Assembly (NCBI GenBank): GCA_964016885.1
Contig: OZ024740.1
Coordinates: 274,226,001-274,290,000, forward strand
From: Eledone cirrhosa
Taxonomy: Eukaryota
Length of the DNA: 64,000 nt
Reading direction: 5' to 3'
Part shown: in pieces, positions 26,242 to 41,249 of the stretch
How positions within the stretch are numbered: position 1 is the stretch's first letter
How the letters are laid out: each line of letters starts with the position of its first letter
Made by a program: the position numbers and the translations under genes
The notes under the pieces: generated by a model
Seen by the model: only the letters and a program-made list of their open reading frames with translations
Database searches by the model: none
Told to the model about the DNA's origin: nothing

Positions 26242-27460
26242 TTGATGTGCAGTCTGCAACTGGTAGAGTTTAGTGTCACAAGAAGAATTGTTCTCATAAT
26301 AAATAATTTCAAAATCTCATAGATTTGATATTATGTGAGATAATTATGTGAGGTAAAGCATTTACCAAGAAAATCTAATAGTATATATAGAGTAATGTAT
26401 ATGCTCAAGGGTTAATGATATAAACTTCTGTTGGCCAGGTCTCCATTTTAAAAATATCTTACTGCTTTCCAAACGATCTATGAAAGACTTCAAAATGAAT
26501 GTGTCATATGTATTAATTTCCTCTTACTGTTTAAGCTTTAAATAATATAAGCTTGGCATAACAATCTTATTAAACAATGCAGAGTAAACCTATTTTTTCA
26601 TACAATGTCATGAAAAGATACAAAAAAGCAAATATATATAGAGGTGATTCAATAAGATAAATAATTGTTTCTACGTTAGGCACAAGGCCAGCAATAACAC
26701 AGTGTATTACTGGTACTTTATTTTATCGACCCCGTAAGGCAAAGTTAACCTCGGCGGGATTTGAACTGAAATATGTATTGTGTTCAATATGTTCAAATGT
26801 CAAGCAGAAATTCCCTACCCTAATTGCTGGCCTCAATGGAGTGGGAGATCATTCTCTTGTGTGTTGGAGCCCAGGTGCAGGCTGCTTCATAGTCACAGGG
26901 AAACGTTGTATAGATGAAGGATTAAGACCTACAACAAAGAAGAAAAAAAATGACAAAGATACCAATGAAAATAGATGTCAATAAGAAATTGTAAGAAGTT
27001 ATTGCAAGACTATCACCTACTTTAATTAAAAGACATGCAAAGACAAAGTAAAATGAAAAAGTAAAAAAATAAAATCATATAAAAGTGCATATAACAGAAA
27101 CTATAATAAAAAATATTCAGCAATCTATTTTGTATTTTTGCTTCATTTTTTTTTTTTTCTATCTCTCGGGTATGATCATCAGTAAAAAAAAATGATTCTT
27201 CTTCAACATCTTCTCTTATCAAATATATAACACAATTATTTTTTTTTTACGACACAATTTAATTTATTTTTTTGGTTATTCTATTTTATTAATTTATTTG
27301 TTTTTTGTTGCTCTGTCAATTTTTCCTTTTATTTTTCTCTCAATTCTCTCTTTGAAGTCAACATATTTCCAAAGAATAAATGAGTTTGCCACAATATAAA
27401 TATGTTTTTAGTTACCAATCAAATATGTTTATACATATATATGCATACATACACACACTC

Positions 27461-27495
<35 letters not shown>

Positions 27496-27523
27496 GTTAT
27501 ACATTGGGAGGGTCATGTTGCCA

Positions 27524-27563
<40 letters not shown>

Positions 27564-27603
27564 TGTTATACTTTGGGAGGGTCATGTTGCCAATATATAT
27601 ACA

Positions 27604-27741
<138 letters not shown>

Positions 27742-28051
27742 GCATACAAATACACATGAATACAAGCAAAGAGACATAAAAGCAGAAAAATTACCAGATA
27801 TCAGACACACAAAAAACCAACTAAATTGGAAAAAAATAATAATCCATTGAAATCAAGAAACCGAAAGGAAAAATAAATGAACAGAAACAGCAGAAATAAC
27901 TAAAACATTATAAATAACAATAAACAAAAATGGTATTTTTTCCCCTCCCTTACATATATTTTTTCTTTTTATCTTTTCCTGGGTATGGAATATGTTTTTA
28001 TTATCACACTAACAGACCCACATACACACATATGCATGTATATACACACAC

Positions 28052-28109
<58 letters not shown>

Positions 28110-28149
28110 ATCTGTGTGTATGTGTGTGCGTGTGTGTGTGCATGTATGC

Positions 28150-28181
<32 letters not shown>

Positions 28182-28483
28182 TTGTGCATGTATGCATATA
28201 TATATATATGTGTGTTTGTGCATGTATGCATATATATATATATATATACACACACAATTATATATAAATATATATAACTATATATATATATGTATAATTG
28301 TATATATGCATATGCATATATATGTATATATAGGAACGTATATATGTGTGTGTATGTGTGTGTGTGCGTGTGCATGTGTATGTGTATGTATTTATATACA
28401 TTTATATTTATATATATGCATATAGACATATTTATGTATGTGGAATTATTTATTTTTGTGTAGATATGTATTTCATAACACAT

Positions 28484-28533
<50 letters not shown>

Positions 28534-28552
28534 CAAACAAATAAAAGTATAA

Positions 28553-28670
<118 letters not shown>

Positions 28671-28876
28671 TTATACTTTTATTTGTTTGCTTTCTGCTAT
28701 ATCCATTTGTTGTAGACAGGATATAATCTGTTGCTGGAAGTGTTTCTATAACTGTCAGAGTCACAGACCTGAGGTCATAGATATAGGATTGACATTATTC
28801 TCCAGGCCACAACAACACTAATAGTTTTAGTCCCCTCTCATGCATGAAATTCATAAAAAACAAGATTCTTCATACA

Positions 28877-28935
<59 letters not shown>

Positions 28936-28977
28936 GGTTGTTTACATACATAATCTTCCATATCTCTATATATTTTT

Positions 28978-29170
28978 ATAATTGTTTCTACTATTGGTAC
29001 AAGGCCAGCAATTATCCCAGTGCATTACTGGTACTTTATTTTATCGACCCCGTAAGGATGAAAGGCAAAGTTAACCTTGGCGGGATTTGCACTCAGAATG
29101 GCGAGGGCCGTAACTCTATGTGTCAAAGCATGACGTCCGACCCTCTACCGATACTGCCAAACCACCAATG
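28978..29170 (-). mobile_element. SINE family B copy
   Basis: Shares GCCTTTCATCCTTACGGGGTCGATAAAATAAAGTACCAG and the GTAGAAACAATT tail with 44068-44290. Confidence 0.8.
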
Positions 29171-29703
29171 TTACAAAAGTGCATACATATATGTGTGTTT
29201 CTATATATACATATATATATATATGTACATGCATGTGCAAATGTATATATGCATATATATGTGTATGTGTGTCAGCCAAGAAGTATGCCTGTAAATAGGT
29301 ATGCATGCAAGTATATGTACACATGTACATATACATATCCTTACGAACATATTGGTAGTTAAATAGATAGATTAATTGATTAACTGACTGACTGGTAGAT
29401 AGATTGATTAAACTAATTGATTGATAGATAGATACATAGATACACAGATAGATAGATGTATAGATACACAGATAGATAGATACATAGATAGATAGATAGA
29501 TACACAGATAGATAGGTAGGGAGAAAAATAGCTAGATAAATTGTAATTGTGGATTGAAGAAGCTTGGAAAAGTGAAGTACAAAGATATATTTGTCTCCTG
29601 ACAATATATATATATATATTTATATATATATATAGAGAGAGAGATGAAAAAGTAAATATGCACACACATGTACATACACATGCAGTGTATATTGTGTCTG
29701 TAT

Positions 29704-29788
29704 CTTCTTCTTCTTCTTCTTCTTCTTCTTCTTCTTCTTCTTCTTCTTCTTCTTCTTCTTCTTCTTCTTCTTCTCCATCTTCTTCCTC
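29704..29788. repeat. (TCT)n microsatellite
   Basis: Direct inspection. Confidence 0.97.
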
Positions 29789-31344
29789 TTGGTTACACTA
29801 TCTATTAATATTTTTATTATTAGTATTTTTATTATTATTATTTCATGATGCATGTAAAACTATCTGAATATGCACTGATGACTGCTTGCATACATGAGTT
29901 TTTACAGGCTTTATATTATGCATCTATGCCCTTACATTTGTGTATATACATAAATGCACGCATAAACTGCACATGCATTCATGTATGCACATAGGCCAGA
30001 TGGTTTTGTTGCTTCTAGTTATTGCTGGAAAATAAATTTTACATCATCATTCATATAAAGATATATGCAAAGTTACTCATAAATGCACAAACACAAACAC
30101 ACACACATACTCTTGTAAATATACATACCCACATAAAAGAACACTTATGCAAACATACAGAGACAATGGAAAGTATGTATAAATATATATATATGCTTAT
30201 ATGACTATGTGTGCATGTGTGTTTGTGTATTTTGTTTTCATATGTAAGTAAGGACATGTACTGATGGCTTTCCTATTGAATTTTCAAAAGATCTCCTAAT
30301 CTTATTCCTGTGAATGTTTATGCATAAAGGAATAAATAATTATATAATAATATTTCAAACTTATCAAGTGAAATTCATTTACTTTTTCAAAGGATTCCGT
30401 TTAAACCAAATAATGTTTGCAGATTTGATGTGAATATTTTTAGAAGGTTAACTTGATAGGATAACATCGATCATGTGAACAAGGGACATTCTCTAATCAT
30501 AATTTTTCCTTTGCTATTCTGTTCATTGCCTTTCTGTGGATATTAAGTCCATACAAATTGTATATCCATACATTCCTATACAACAAATGTATGAGCCTCT
30601 ATATGGTTACATAAACTGCTAGATATAGCAGTCATAACTTATTTAAGTCACTATCTACCATCTCATATGTGTAACAATAAACAATTCTGGATAATGAAAA
30701 TGCATGTCTCATTATTTGTTGCAGATCATTGTGATCTGAGTTCAAATCCCACTGAGGCCAACTTTGACTTTCATCATTTTGAGGTTGATAAATAAATGCC
30801 ATTAAGGTACTACGGACAATTCTTCCTCTCACTTTCTTTCTCTGGAAGGAATCAGTTATGTTCCCCCTGGAAATTGATGGATTCTATCAGGTTTAAAATG
30901 CCCAAGATACACCATGTGTCAGGATATTGCTTTATGACTTCATAAAGAATTAGTAGCCCTTTAAACTTACCTTGTGCATAAATAAAAAGGCTATATCTAA
31001 CAAAACATTAATATACAGTCAAGAAATGGCATTGAGTAATGGAAAGAGTTATACTTCTTCACCATCATCATCATTTTACAATCGTTTTCAATGCTGGCAT
31101 AGACTGGATGGATTGAGACAGTCAATAACTAGAAAGGTTCAAGGACTACATCTTTATCATTCATATCACTTTTGGGATAATTTCTACAGATGGATGCCCT
31201 TTCTAGGACCAACAACTTTACAGGGTGCATTTTATCATGGCACAAGCAGTACCACATTAGAAAGTGTACTCGGTGAATTTTATTGTGGCACCTATACAAC
31301 CCTTTTCAAAGAGTACTGAAAGCATTTTCTCATCGGACAGTTTC

Positions 31345-32092
31345 TGAGAGAACACGCGTCAGTCGATTTCCCGGGTTTCCTGGATAGGCATCTTCATAAG
31401 GAGGTGCCCGAGTGGGCCAGGTGGATGTCGAGGGCCTCTCTCCATATAGCACTGCGGATAGCATTGGTGGTATTCTCGCCCAGGTGTGGTATTTTAAGGA
31501 AGCACTTGCCTTGGGTGTTTCTCTGCCTCTTGCAGCGTCTGGTGTCTCTTACTCTGTTTGTGAGCCAGGCAGAGTAAACGTTCATCTCCAGCCCTGCAGG
31601 CTGCCCTGCGGTAGAAGCTGATGTGGATCCCTCCCTGCTCCGTGATGTTGATTCGGAAGTTGAGGAGGGCAAATGGAATTTATGAGACGTTCAACAACAC
31701 AGACGAGAACATTGATTTCAGTGTGGAACACCCCAGCGACGACGGGTCACTTGCCCTCCTTGACTTCCGAATCAACATCACGAAGAAGGGAGGGATCCAC
31801 AACAGCTTCTACTCTAAGGCAGCCTGCAGGGACATGTTCGTCCACTACAAGTCTGCCCTCCCTAACAGTGCTAAAAGAGGGTACATCACGAATGAGATCA
31901 CGTGAATTAAAAACAGATGCAGCAATCCCGTGAGTGGTGTCACCCACACCAAGTGATTCCTCAAAGTGCTGGAGACAAATGGGTACCCTGCCTTGCTCAC
32001 AAACAGAGTTAGAGACACCAGATGCAAGAGGCAGAGAAACACGCAAGGCAAGTACTTCCTTATAATACCACACCTGGGTGAGAAAACCACCA
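31345..32092. mobile_element. Penelope-like RT thumb/linker fragment in head-to-head inverted arrangement
   Basis: Plus strand 31670-32090: FNNTDENIDFSVEHPSDDGSLALLDFRI...FYSKAA...HYKSALP...KRGYITNEIT...LETNGYP...IPHLGE. 31345-31672 is an inverted, internally deleted copy that extends further 3'. Confidence 0.8.
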
Positions 32093-32099
32093 GATGACA

Positions 32100-33326
32100 G
32101 ATCGGGGTACCCTATCAAAAGGCCTTCTCTAAGTCAACAAAAGCTAAGTATAGAGGCTTATTCTTCTCTAAGAACCTCTCTTGTAGTTGTCTCACTAAGA
32201 AGAAGGCATCTGTTGTACTTTTCCGAAGCACATAACCAAAATGCATCTCATCTAGTTTGACACTTTCTCTAATTAGTTGTGCTAATATCCTTTCTGCCAT
32301 TTTTATAACCTGATCCATCAGTTTTATGCCCCTATAATTGCTCCTCTCCAGAGCATCCCCTTTACCTTTGGAGCAATCTATGAGAATACTGCTGCAGCAC
32401 TTTGGGTATGACACTGCTATATATAGCCTGATTGATGATGTGTGCAACAAGTTTAGTGCCTATGTCCCCTGATGCCTTCAGCATCTCGGTACACTATCCC
32501 CGACAGTCCAGCGGCCTTACCATTTTTCATTTCCTTAATCGCCTCTTGGAACCTATATTCGTCAATCTCAATAGCTGGTCCCTCTGTCGGATCTACTGGG
32601 GTAATTTCTCTCTCACCCATTCGTTCTCTACATTCATCAGTCTCTTATAATGACATTTCCACGCGTCCTTTTTCTGATCATTCATGACACTAAGTACACC
32701 GGCATCATTCCAGACACACTTATCTCCAACAACATCCTGATTTGCACTGACACACTGCCTTGCAATGTGGAACACCGCACGTCTCTGATTTTCCCGTCGC
32801 AGAACATTGGCAAACCTCCCACTCTCAGCCTCCCTGCGTACACCTGACGTCTAGCTTCTCTCTTAGTGGCTGTATAGCCTTCTCTACTCCCACCATTTTT
32901 CCAAGCATTCCATGCTAGTCTTTTATCTCTAAAGGCCCTATCTACCATGCTGTTCCACCACCAAGTCACTCTCTGTCTTAAATCTTACAGCATGGACTGG
33001 GTGCTTTTATTTGTGCCACCAGCACTAGAGAGGGTGTCTTACTGGATTCAGGGGCCCTCTCTACCCCTCCATTTTACAGCATGGACAAGGTGCTTTTATT
33101 CGTGCCACCAACACTAGAGAGGTCTTTCTCTTCTTTACCTATACCTGCTTGGGGAGCATAGGCAGAGATGATTGTCAGTAGTATCTTGCCTACAACTAAT
33201 CTAAGCTTAATTATTCTATTACTAACTCGAACTACCTCTATTGTCTTAACGATCCATCTCTCAGCCAGTAAATTCCTACTCCTCCTAACCCATCATCATC
33301 ACCCACCCAGAAAAGCTTATAACTAT
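32100..33326 (-). mobile_element. Rearranged internal copy of RTE family 1
   Basis: 32100-32978 matches 13443-14312; 32985-33122 matches the 5'UTR at 12297-12397; 33120-33326 matches 12652-12856. Confidence 0.88.
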
Positions 33327-34929
33327 TTAGTATAAGCAGAAAATACACACAGTGACATAATATGAACAGCTAGCTGCATCTTTACATTGTCAGAAAATAT
33401 GTATATAGAGAAAATGACAATAAAAGATGTACAAAAAAATGTGCATATGCATATAAACATGAATTATAAGTGTATCCAAACATTTATAGTTTAAAATATA
33501 TGAATCAGGCAAAAATGCAAAAGAAAAATAACTTTTGATTTTATAGGGGAATGTAGATAATTTTTTTTAAGTTGCCAAATATTTTATTTTGATACTTGTG
33601 TATTAAAATGAAATTATCTAGACATAGAGAGAGGAAATGAAACAAAGAGGGTGATGAGTGGCAATAGCTTTTAAACAATTTCTAAGCATCGTTTGTATTA
33701 TCTATCTGAACATATATAGAGATAATAGTTATTTAAGAGTGCATTTACAAGTTAGTAAAAGATAAGATCTTGTATTTAAAACATGATAATTCTGGAACAA
33801 AAAGCAGTTAGATAAAATTTTCAAATATGATTTTAATGAAAGCTTTCAGCTTCTATGCAGATTCAATGCTGTGACATCTAGCATAAACCAAATAAAAATA
33901 TAGGCTAGTTTTTCTAAAGAAGGAAATATACTTCAATACGACTGCAATAACTTTCATGGTTGGATTAATAAAGAGTATCTATGCTGTGAAAGATCAGCTT
34001 TAGAATCACATTTTCTGAAATCAATATAAAAGTTTGATTTCTAATTGTCATCTAGGTGTATTTTGGCTTAGTTTACTAATGACGTTGTCAAACATTTACC
34101 ATCAAGCAGACATATGCATGGTATTTATGTATGTATGTATGTATTTATGTATGTATGTATGTATGTAAGATGTATGTATGTATGTATGTAAGATGACCCC
34201 TTAGCCTTTGTCAAGGAAGAATTCTAGGAGAAGGAAAACTCTGATATAACACCTGCAACCCTGATGGTATCCAATGATGTTGACTTGTTCTTCTTTTTGG
34301 TAAATGTCATCTTGGTTAAGAGAGTGGGACTGGCTTTGTGCAGTGCCTTTGCTCACTATAAAAGCTTCACGGCACAGGCATTGCTTTATATCTGGAGATC
34401 TCTTTGCACTTGTCGTCACATTGTACCATGGGCCCAGCACTATGTGTCAATAATTGTCGCAAGTGTAGTGTTTGTACCAGAGTTTACAAGTTGCAGGCTG
34501 GACTAAAAAGTCACACTCGTTCAGCGCATCGGTAGGGGTTCTCCTACATGGATATAAAGTAGTGGCTGTACTCAAAAACGAGTTGGCAGCCACCATGTAT
34601 GTATGTATGTATGTATGTATGTATGATGTATGTATGTATATACCTTTTTTTCTTTTGTGGAGCGAGAGACTCTTAGTCTTCATTAAGAAGATATAAAAGC
34701 TGCAACTTCCTTTCCATCCAAGGATGTAGACCAGTTCTTCTTTTTGGGAGAAATGCATTCGATGTTCATAGAGTGACATTGGCTCCATGCAAAGACTTTC
34801 CTTACTTAAAAAAGCTTCAAGCACAGGCATCGCTTGATACATGGCATTTTATTGCTAGTCTCTAGCAGGATTTAAAAGCCACACCTGTAATGCTAATTTC
34901 CGCTATTGTGCAATCCTTCTTTTTTCTGT

Positions 34930-35265
34930 CCCAGTGCGTTACTGGTACTTTATTTTATCGACCCCGTAAGGATGAAAGACAAAGCTAGCCTCGACGAGAT
35001 TTGAACTCAGATCATAAATGGCCATAACTCTATGCTGTAAAACATGGTGTCCGACCCTCTACTGATACTGCCAATAATAATAATTGTTTCTACTTTTGGC
35101 ACAGGGCCAGCAATTACCAGTGCATTACTGGTACTTTATTTTATTCACCCCGTAAGGATGAAAGGCAAAGTTAACCTCGGTGGGATTTGAACTCAGAATA
35201 GCAAGGGCCTTAACTCTATGCATCAAAGCATGGTGTCCAACCCTCTACTGATACTGCCAATCAAC
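34930..35265 (-). mobile_element. Two tandem SINE family B copies
   Basis: Copies at about 34930-35075 and 35078-35265 with the family B core motif. Confidence 0.8.
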
Positions 35266-37047
35266 TGCAAATACAATCAAACATACATACATAAATACTT
35301 ACATACATACATAAATACATATATACATACATAGATACATACATAAATACATAAATACATACATAAATACATATATATACATACATAGATACATACATAC
35401 GTAAATACATACATACATATATACAAGAAAGCATTTAATTCTATTTCACCCTCATGGATTCTAGAGGCCTTTCAGCTTGCTAAAGTCCCAGATCCATAAT
35501 CAGAGCTATAGAGAACGTATCTTCTTCCTGAGCCACTATCGTAAAGTTAAATGCAGAGAAGAGGAACTATATTGTCACTGATAAAATAGGGTTACACAGG
35601 GCTATATTTCTGTGATGCTATATATACTGTCAGTAAACCTCTTGTAAATTGATTTACATACCTTTCATATTTCATCTAAGTTCAAATCCTGCCGAGGTTA
35701 ACTTTACCTTTCTCATCCTTCCTTCATCGATAAAATAATGTACCAGTAATGAACCGGGGTAATTTCTGTCCTTGTGCCAAAAGTAGAAACAATTATTATT
35801 AATGATAATAATCAGATTTCTAAGTAGACTTCTTGCATATATACATATACATAAGTTTAGATTATTTTAGCTCTACTTTAGTATATTGAGCACTTTACAA
35901 ATATCATATGAAAATACACTGAAAGATGCTTTAGGATGCATATTGACGTTGAAACCAATTTTCATTTTGGTAAATTTTAAATATTTACATTTTTTTAACT
36001 CTTATAATTATTTACTCTGTTAAGAAAAGATATTTACATAAATTTCAAATTAACACCTTTCCACAAAAAAATGATTAGAATGTTTATTTATTTAAACTTT
36101 TTGTTTCTTTAAGATATCTATGTAAAATTAACTAATCAACTGATTTTATATATTGGCTTTTTGCATTGCATTAAAAACAAACTATAAAATGTTCATAAAA
36201 TCTTTCAAAAATCTTGTCATTTTCAATCTTCCTGGGGGTGGTGATAGAGTTGTTTTTGCTATTTTTTGTTGTTGTTGTGGTAGTGGTGCTGATGCTGGTG
36301 GTGTTGCAGGATTATGAGGAAGGATGAAAAGAGGACCATGATGATAATAGTATGAAAAATTAACGAGGTGTTTAATAGAGAATGTAATCAGTATAAAGAT
36401 TAGAATTGTGGTAATAATGACTATGACGATATAAAAATAGGGATTGAATTGATGTTTCTCATTACAATCATTATCTTCATTATCATTGTCATAATCAAAT
36501 AGATGGCGATAATTGTTTTGATAAATTTTTGTATTTAAATAGCATAACACTGGTAACATTTAAAATTATTCTTTAATAAATTATGTAAATCATGTAGTAT
36601 TCAAAGGGTTTCATTATGGAACAATTTAGCACCAATCAGGCTGTCGTTTGTTTTAAATTGCCTTTTAAAGGCAATTAATATATAAAGTTGCATTAAATTT
36701 TAAGCTTGAAATAATATTTCTTGAACATTATTTAAACTTTAATTTACTTTTCACTGAGATACATATACTCAGCCTGTTATATGTTTTTCTTTCCCATGTA
36801 TTGTATTGTGTTTTCCCTTATTATTATTGTGTGAGTAATTAATAATAATGAAAAATACGATACAATATATAATAAAGAAAGCATTATTGTGCGAGTAATT
36901 GTATTTTATTTTTACAGTTAAATACCCACTCTACTGCAAAGTAGAATTTAACCCTGTTGTTGATTAGTCTCAAATTAACCTTGATCTAAATAAACCTATG
37001 ATCAATGGTGTTCTATCATGATCATGACCTTTTTATATTGGTTTCAT

Positions 37048-37516
37048 AATCCTGTGTGAGATGTGCGATGCTGCATAGTAGTGAGACATAGGCAGAAACT
37101 GCGGAGGGTATGCAACAGCTGGAGGGAAATGAAGCAAGCATGCTCCAATGGATGTGCAATGTCAATGTGTGTGAATGACCCAGCATAGACGAGTTGAGAG
37201 TGAAACTGTGTATGAGAGTGATAAACTGTGTGTGGGAGAGAAGACTGCATTGGTATAGCCATGTGATGTGCATGGAAGATGACAGCTGGGAGAAAAAGTG
37301 CCAAGAAATCCTGGTGGAAGGAAGAGACAGTAGAAGAAGACCATGAAAAAACATGGGCGGAGGTGGTGAGAGCTGACCTCAGATTGCCAAAGCTTACAGA
37401 GGAGATGGCAAGTGACCATGACGAATGGAGAGATGCTGCACTGAAGAAGACCCACCCCATCCATGCGAGCAGGGAAAAGTGGACGTAAAATGATGATGAT
37501 GATGATGATGATGATG
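37048..37516 (+). mobile_element. 5'-truncated RTE LINE 3' end
   Basis: Colinear with 15088-15538; (GAT)n tail. Confidence 0.88.
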
Positions 37517-40500
37517 AATTCATATTGAGAATGACCTTCCTGTTTCAAGATGGTAGGGGGTGATTTAAGAGAGATATGGGTGCTATGACTAACACATAAA
37601 ACAATCGGGGGGATTCCTCACTGGCGTGTAGAAAATGTTGTTATTGTTGTTATTTAGCCACAAGTCAGCTCTGATCAAGCAGAACTAGGATCAAAGCAAT
37701 TCCAACTCAACTTTTTATTTATTTTTTCCATGCAGTGAGTCTATGACTACTCACTAAAGCGTAAGTACCTTCACATTTTTTAAGTCAGTAGGGTGTAATA
37801 TGAGGATGATTACGCTGGTATTTCAAGTAGATTGACAAACTAATCAGAGACTCTCATTAACGGCTTGTTTTATGAATCAGCTAAATTGAGTGACAGAGAC
37901 ATAACATAATATCTATTACAAGTCTTGAACTCATGAATTTTGAACAGCACATTAATACTTAAACTCACAGAAATTACACTCTATAATAAAACTAAGCATT
38001 CAAAGAATTCATAAAAGAAAATTACTCCTGAAAACTTTCAAGTTTTTTATCAGTGAAATTTTTGTCAATCATTGATTGATCATTGTATTCAAAAATGAAT
38101 GCAATATTTAATATATTCCCCTCTTTAGGACCTTTATTTTTCTGGAAGTAATGAGTTCAAATTTACCTTTCATCATTAAATAAATCAGAACACTGCATTG
38201 GCAGGACTCAGTACTGGACTTACCTATAAACTAAATAAGCTATAAGTAACTGTGGAGTTGTCAGTTTCCATTCCAACCATAGGTGGGGTTGATACCATTG
38301 CACTAACAAACTGCATTTACAATCATTTATTTAGGGGGCAAATAAACAGAGGCATTAGAGAATCAGTCTTAAGACACTTATTCTAGTATTGTGTAACCTG
38401 TGTTCAAATCCTGTTGTTCAAATTCCAATCTCGGTGAAGCGGACTAGTTGAATCACCAGAGCGTTGGGCAGGGATTCTTGCAGTATTTTTTCCATCTCTT
38501 TGTACTCTAAGTTCAGATCCATTACTCAATGTAAAACAAACACTTGGCCCATAGGTGTCTTTATTAGAGTCGATACTATTGAAATCATTCAAACACTCTC
38601 TGATTTGAGGAACACACCTCTCCTTCTCTTACCAATCTCAGAGACACTGAAAAAAGTCATGGGTATTGCCCTTCTCTGCTGACTACGTAGTAAAAAAATG
38701 AAATTTGTTAACTTTTGTCTGTATATTATTGATCATGGTTTAATAGATCATTTATAGCTCAGTATATCGATTGACTTTTGCTGCTTTCACAATTGGGAGT
38801 ATGATTGGATGTATCTATTTTTGTTTAGGTTGATTGAAGCTAGTGATGTAATGCACAATTCAGTAAAACAGAATTACAACACGTGAATGGTTGTTATTAG
38901 TTTAGTACTTTAACATCAAAGCCATCGTGCTTCTACCTTCTAATTAAAATTTTGTCATAATAGATGTATTTTTGATTAAAAAATATAATGAGCTAATTGA
39001 AATAACTCAAGTGAACCAATGGCATAAATTGAGATAAATCAGGTAAATGGGAATGATGTACATAGGCAAAAAAATGTGAATTAATTGAAATTTGCATCTT
39101 AGTTGGAAAAGGAAAACAAAATCATGGAAGTAATTGCTAGTGACTTTAAAAAAAAAGGAGATAATTTCAAAAATTGAAGAACTAATTCCATAAAATTCAA
39201 TTTAAATCCTTACCATATATCTAATGAAAGACAATACCTATAACTTTCCAAATATTTTGGAAATATTCAAGCGGTTGAAGGGTTTCAATAAAAGAATGTT
39301 AAAAGTTTCTTACATAATATCAGGATGAGAGATCTTGAAATAAATATAAACACTTTGAAACAAACAGTTTTGTATCATAGATCCAGGGGTAGTTTGCTAT
39401 CAAAATTGTTCTTATACATGAAATTTCTTTGACATTTTCTTATAGTATAAATCATTTTTCTTTTATTGTTGATGTTTATATTTTTCTTGACTGTTGTTCT
39501 AAATAAAAAGACTTATGGTTTAGACATCACTGGTCAAATGCTTGCTGAGGTGAGTAAATAATCAGCCAGATATTCATGCTATATTCATGTTCAAGATGCA
39601 ACTATGTAATTCCATAAATTTAAAATACATTTCATAGATTCAAAATGATTGTTCATATAGCATTGGACAAATAGTTCATATGCATAGAGCTCTAATCAAC
39701 TGCAATTCCTTGATCACATATTCCTTCAGTATATTTCCCTCTATAGAGTAGCATGTTGAACAAAAAGTGATTTATCCATTTTCTGCTTTAAACAACGAAA
39801 GCTGAGCTAATCAACAAACCTACGTACCTTTATTTAAAATCAGTTTTACATATAATCCTTTGATTTTGGCTGAATAGTAAAGTTGCAGTTATTTGGATTA
39901 GTAGGATGTTATATTTTTATCCACCTCTTACTGAGTCAGCCCAATAATGTTTAGAACCAAAAGGGAATCTTCTATGCATTGAGCCAACTTGCTATAAATA
40001 GCAGTCAAATCTCTTTAAAATCATACCTTATGTCTTTAAAAAAGACATGATAATATATAGTCCTAGATACATTAAATTTGAGAAAAAGGCAAGGTAGTTA
40101 TTAATGTATTGATTTTTATCATAGGATTGCTCAATCTGGATTTCCCCTGAAGCTAATTAACAACATTTAGGCTATACATAGGAACATTTCAGAACTGAAA
40201 TGAGTCAAGGTAATCAATGTAAGATTCAAAAATGCTTGCTACCTTGTACTTCTGCTTTTAAATCTTGTGGAAAAAGGAAAAGCAGTAAAGTACTCAATCA
40301 CAGGTCAGAGGTACTGCTTGATACAATTTACCTTTCCATATAATTCAATGTGGCTCTGTTTATATATGTGGAAAATGAGCATGGGTATATTATTAAACTT
40401 CAAAATTGTATTACCATTATTAGATGTCTTCTATATTCCTTTTTAGTGCTGTACTGTACATCCAGCCATCCTTGTAAAATACCACAAGTTTATCTAGTTA

Positions 40501-40910
40501 TTCCATGAGAAGAGGTTGCTCCACCTATATCCATTTCTAGAGCAAAGGACTCTGTTAGAAGACTCCCATGAGCCTTCTCACAGCACAACATAGCTGATCC
40601 TGAAAGAGAGAATGAAAGTGAGAAAAGGAGAGAGACGAATTAGCCCTATTACTTGGCTGCTGGTACTACATATATACTTGGAAAAGTTAAAAAGCAAACT
40701 TGACTTTAGTGGGATTTGAACTCAGCATGTAAAAATCCAGAAGATATACTGTAAAGCACTTTATCCAACATTCATATTACTCTTATCATTTTTACCATCT
40801 TTGATTAGTGTACCAAATCTTTTAAGTAAGTTAACTAAGATATACTGAACAACCTAACTTGGGTAAGTTTATCATAATTTCATTTTACGTCTGCTTTTAC
40901 TTGGGTAATG

Positions 40911-41249
40911 ATCATCATCATTTCATTTTACGTCTGCTTTTTCCCTGCTTGCAAGGGTGGGACGGGAACTGCTTTTGGCTTGATTTCTACAGCTGGATGC
41001 CCTTCCTAACACCAACCTCATTTACAGTGAGTGCTGGGTGCTTTTTTGCCGTGGCACCTCCACGACCACTTTGCAGTGGAATGATATGGACCCCAGTCCC
41101 TATCATCTCATTTCTACAGCTGAGTAAACTGGAGCAATGTGAAATAAAGTGTCTTGCTCGAGGAAACAACACATCACCCGGTCTGAGAATTGAACTCACA
41201 ACCTTTCGATTGCAAGGCCAATGCTCTAACCACTAAGCCATGTGCCTCC
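40911..41249 (-). mobile_element. SINE family A, full length
   Basis: GGAGGCACATGGCTTAGTGGTTAG head through to the RTE tail; near-identical to 16200-16536. Confidence 0.9.

Noticed and set aside
41170-41249. tRNA-like sequence (also at 9520-9597, 16470-16536, 62630-62712)
   Set aside because: These are SINE heads: A/B boxes run directly into SINE body, with no complete acceptor stem or terminator.
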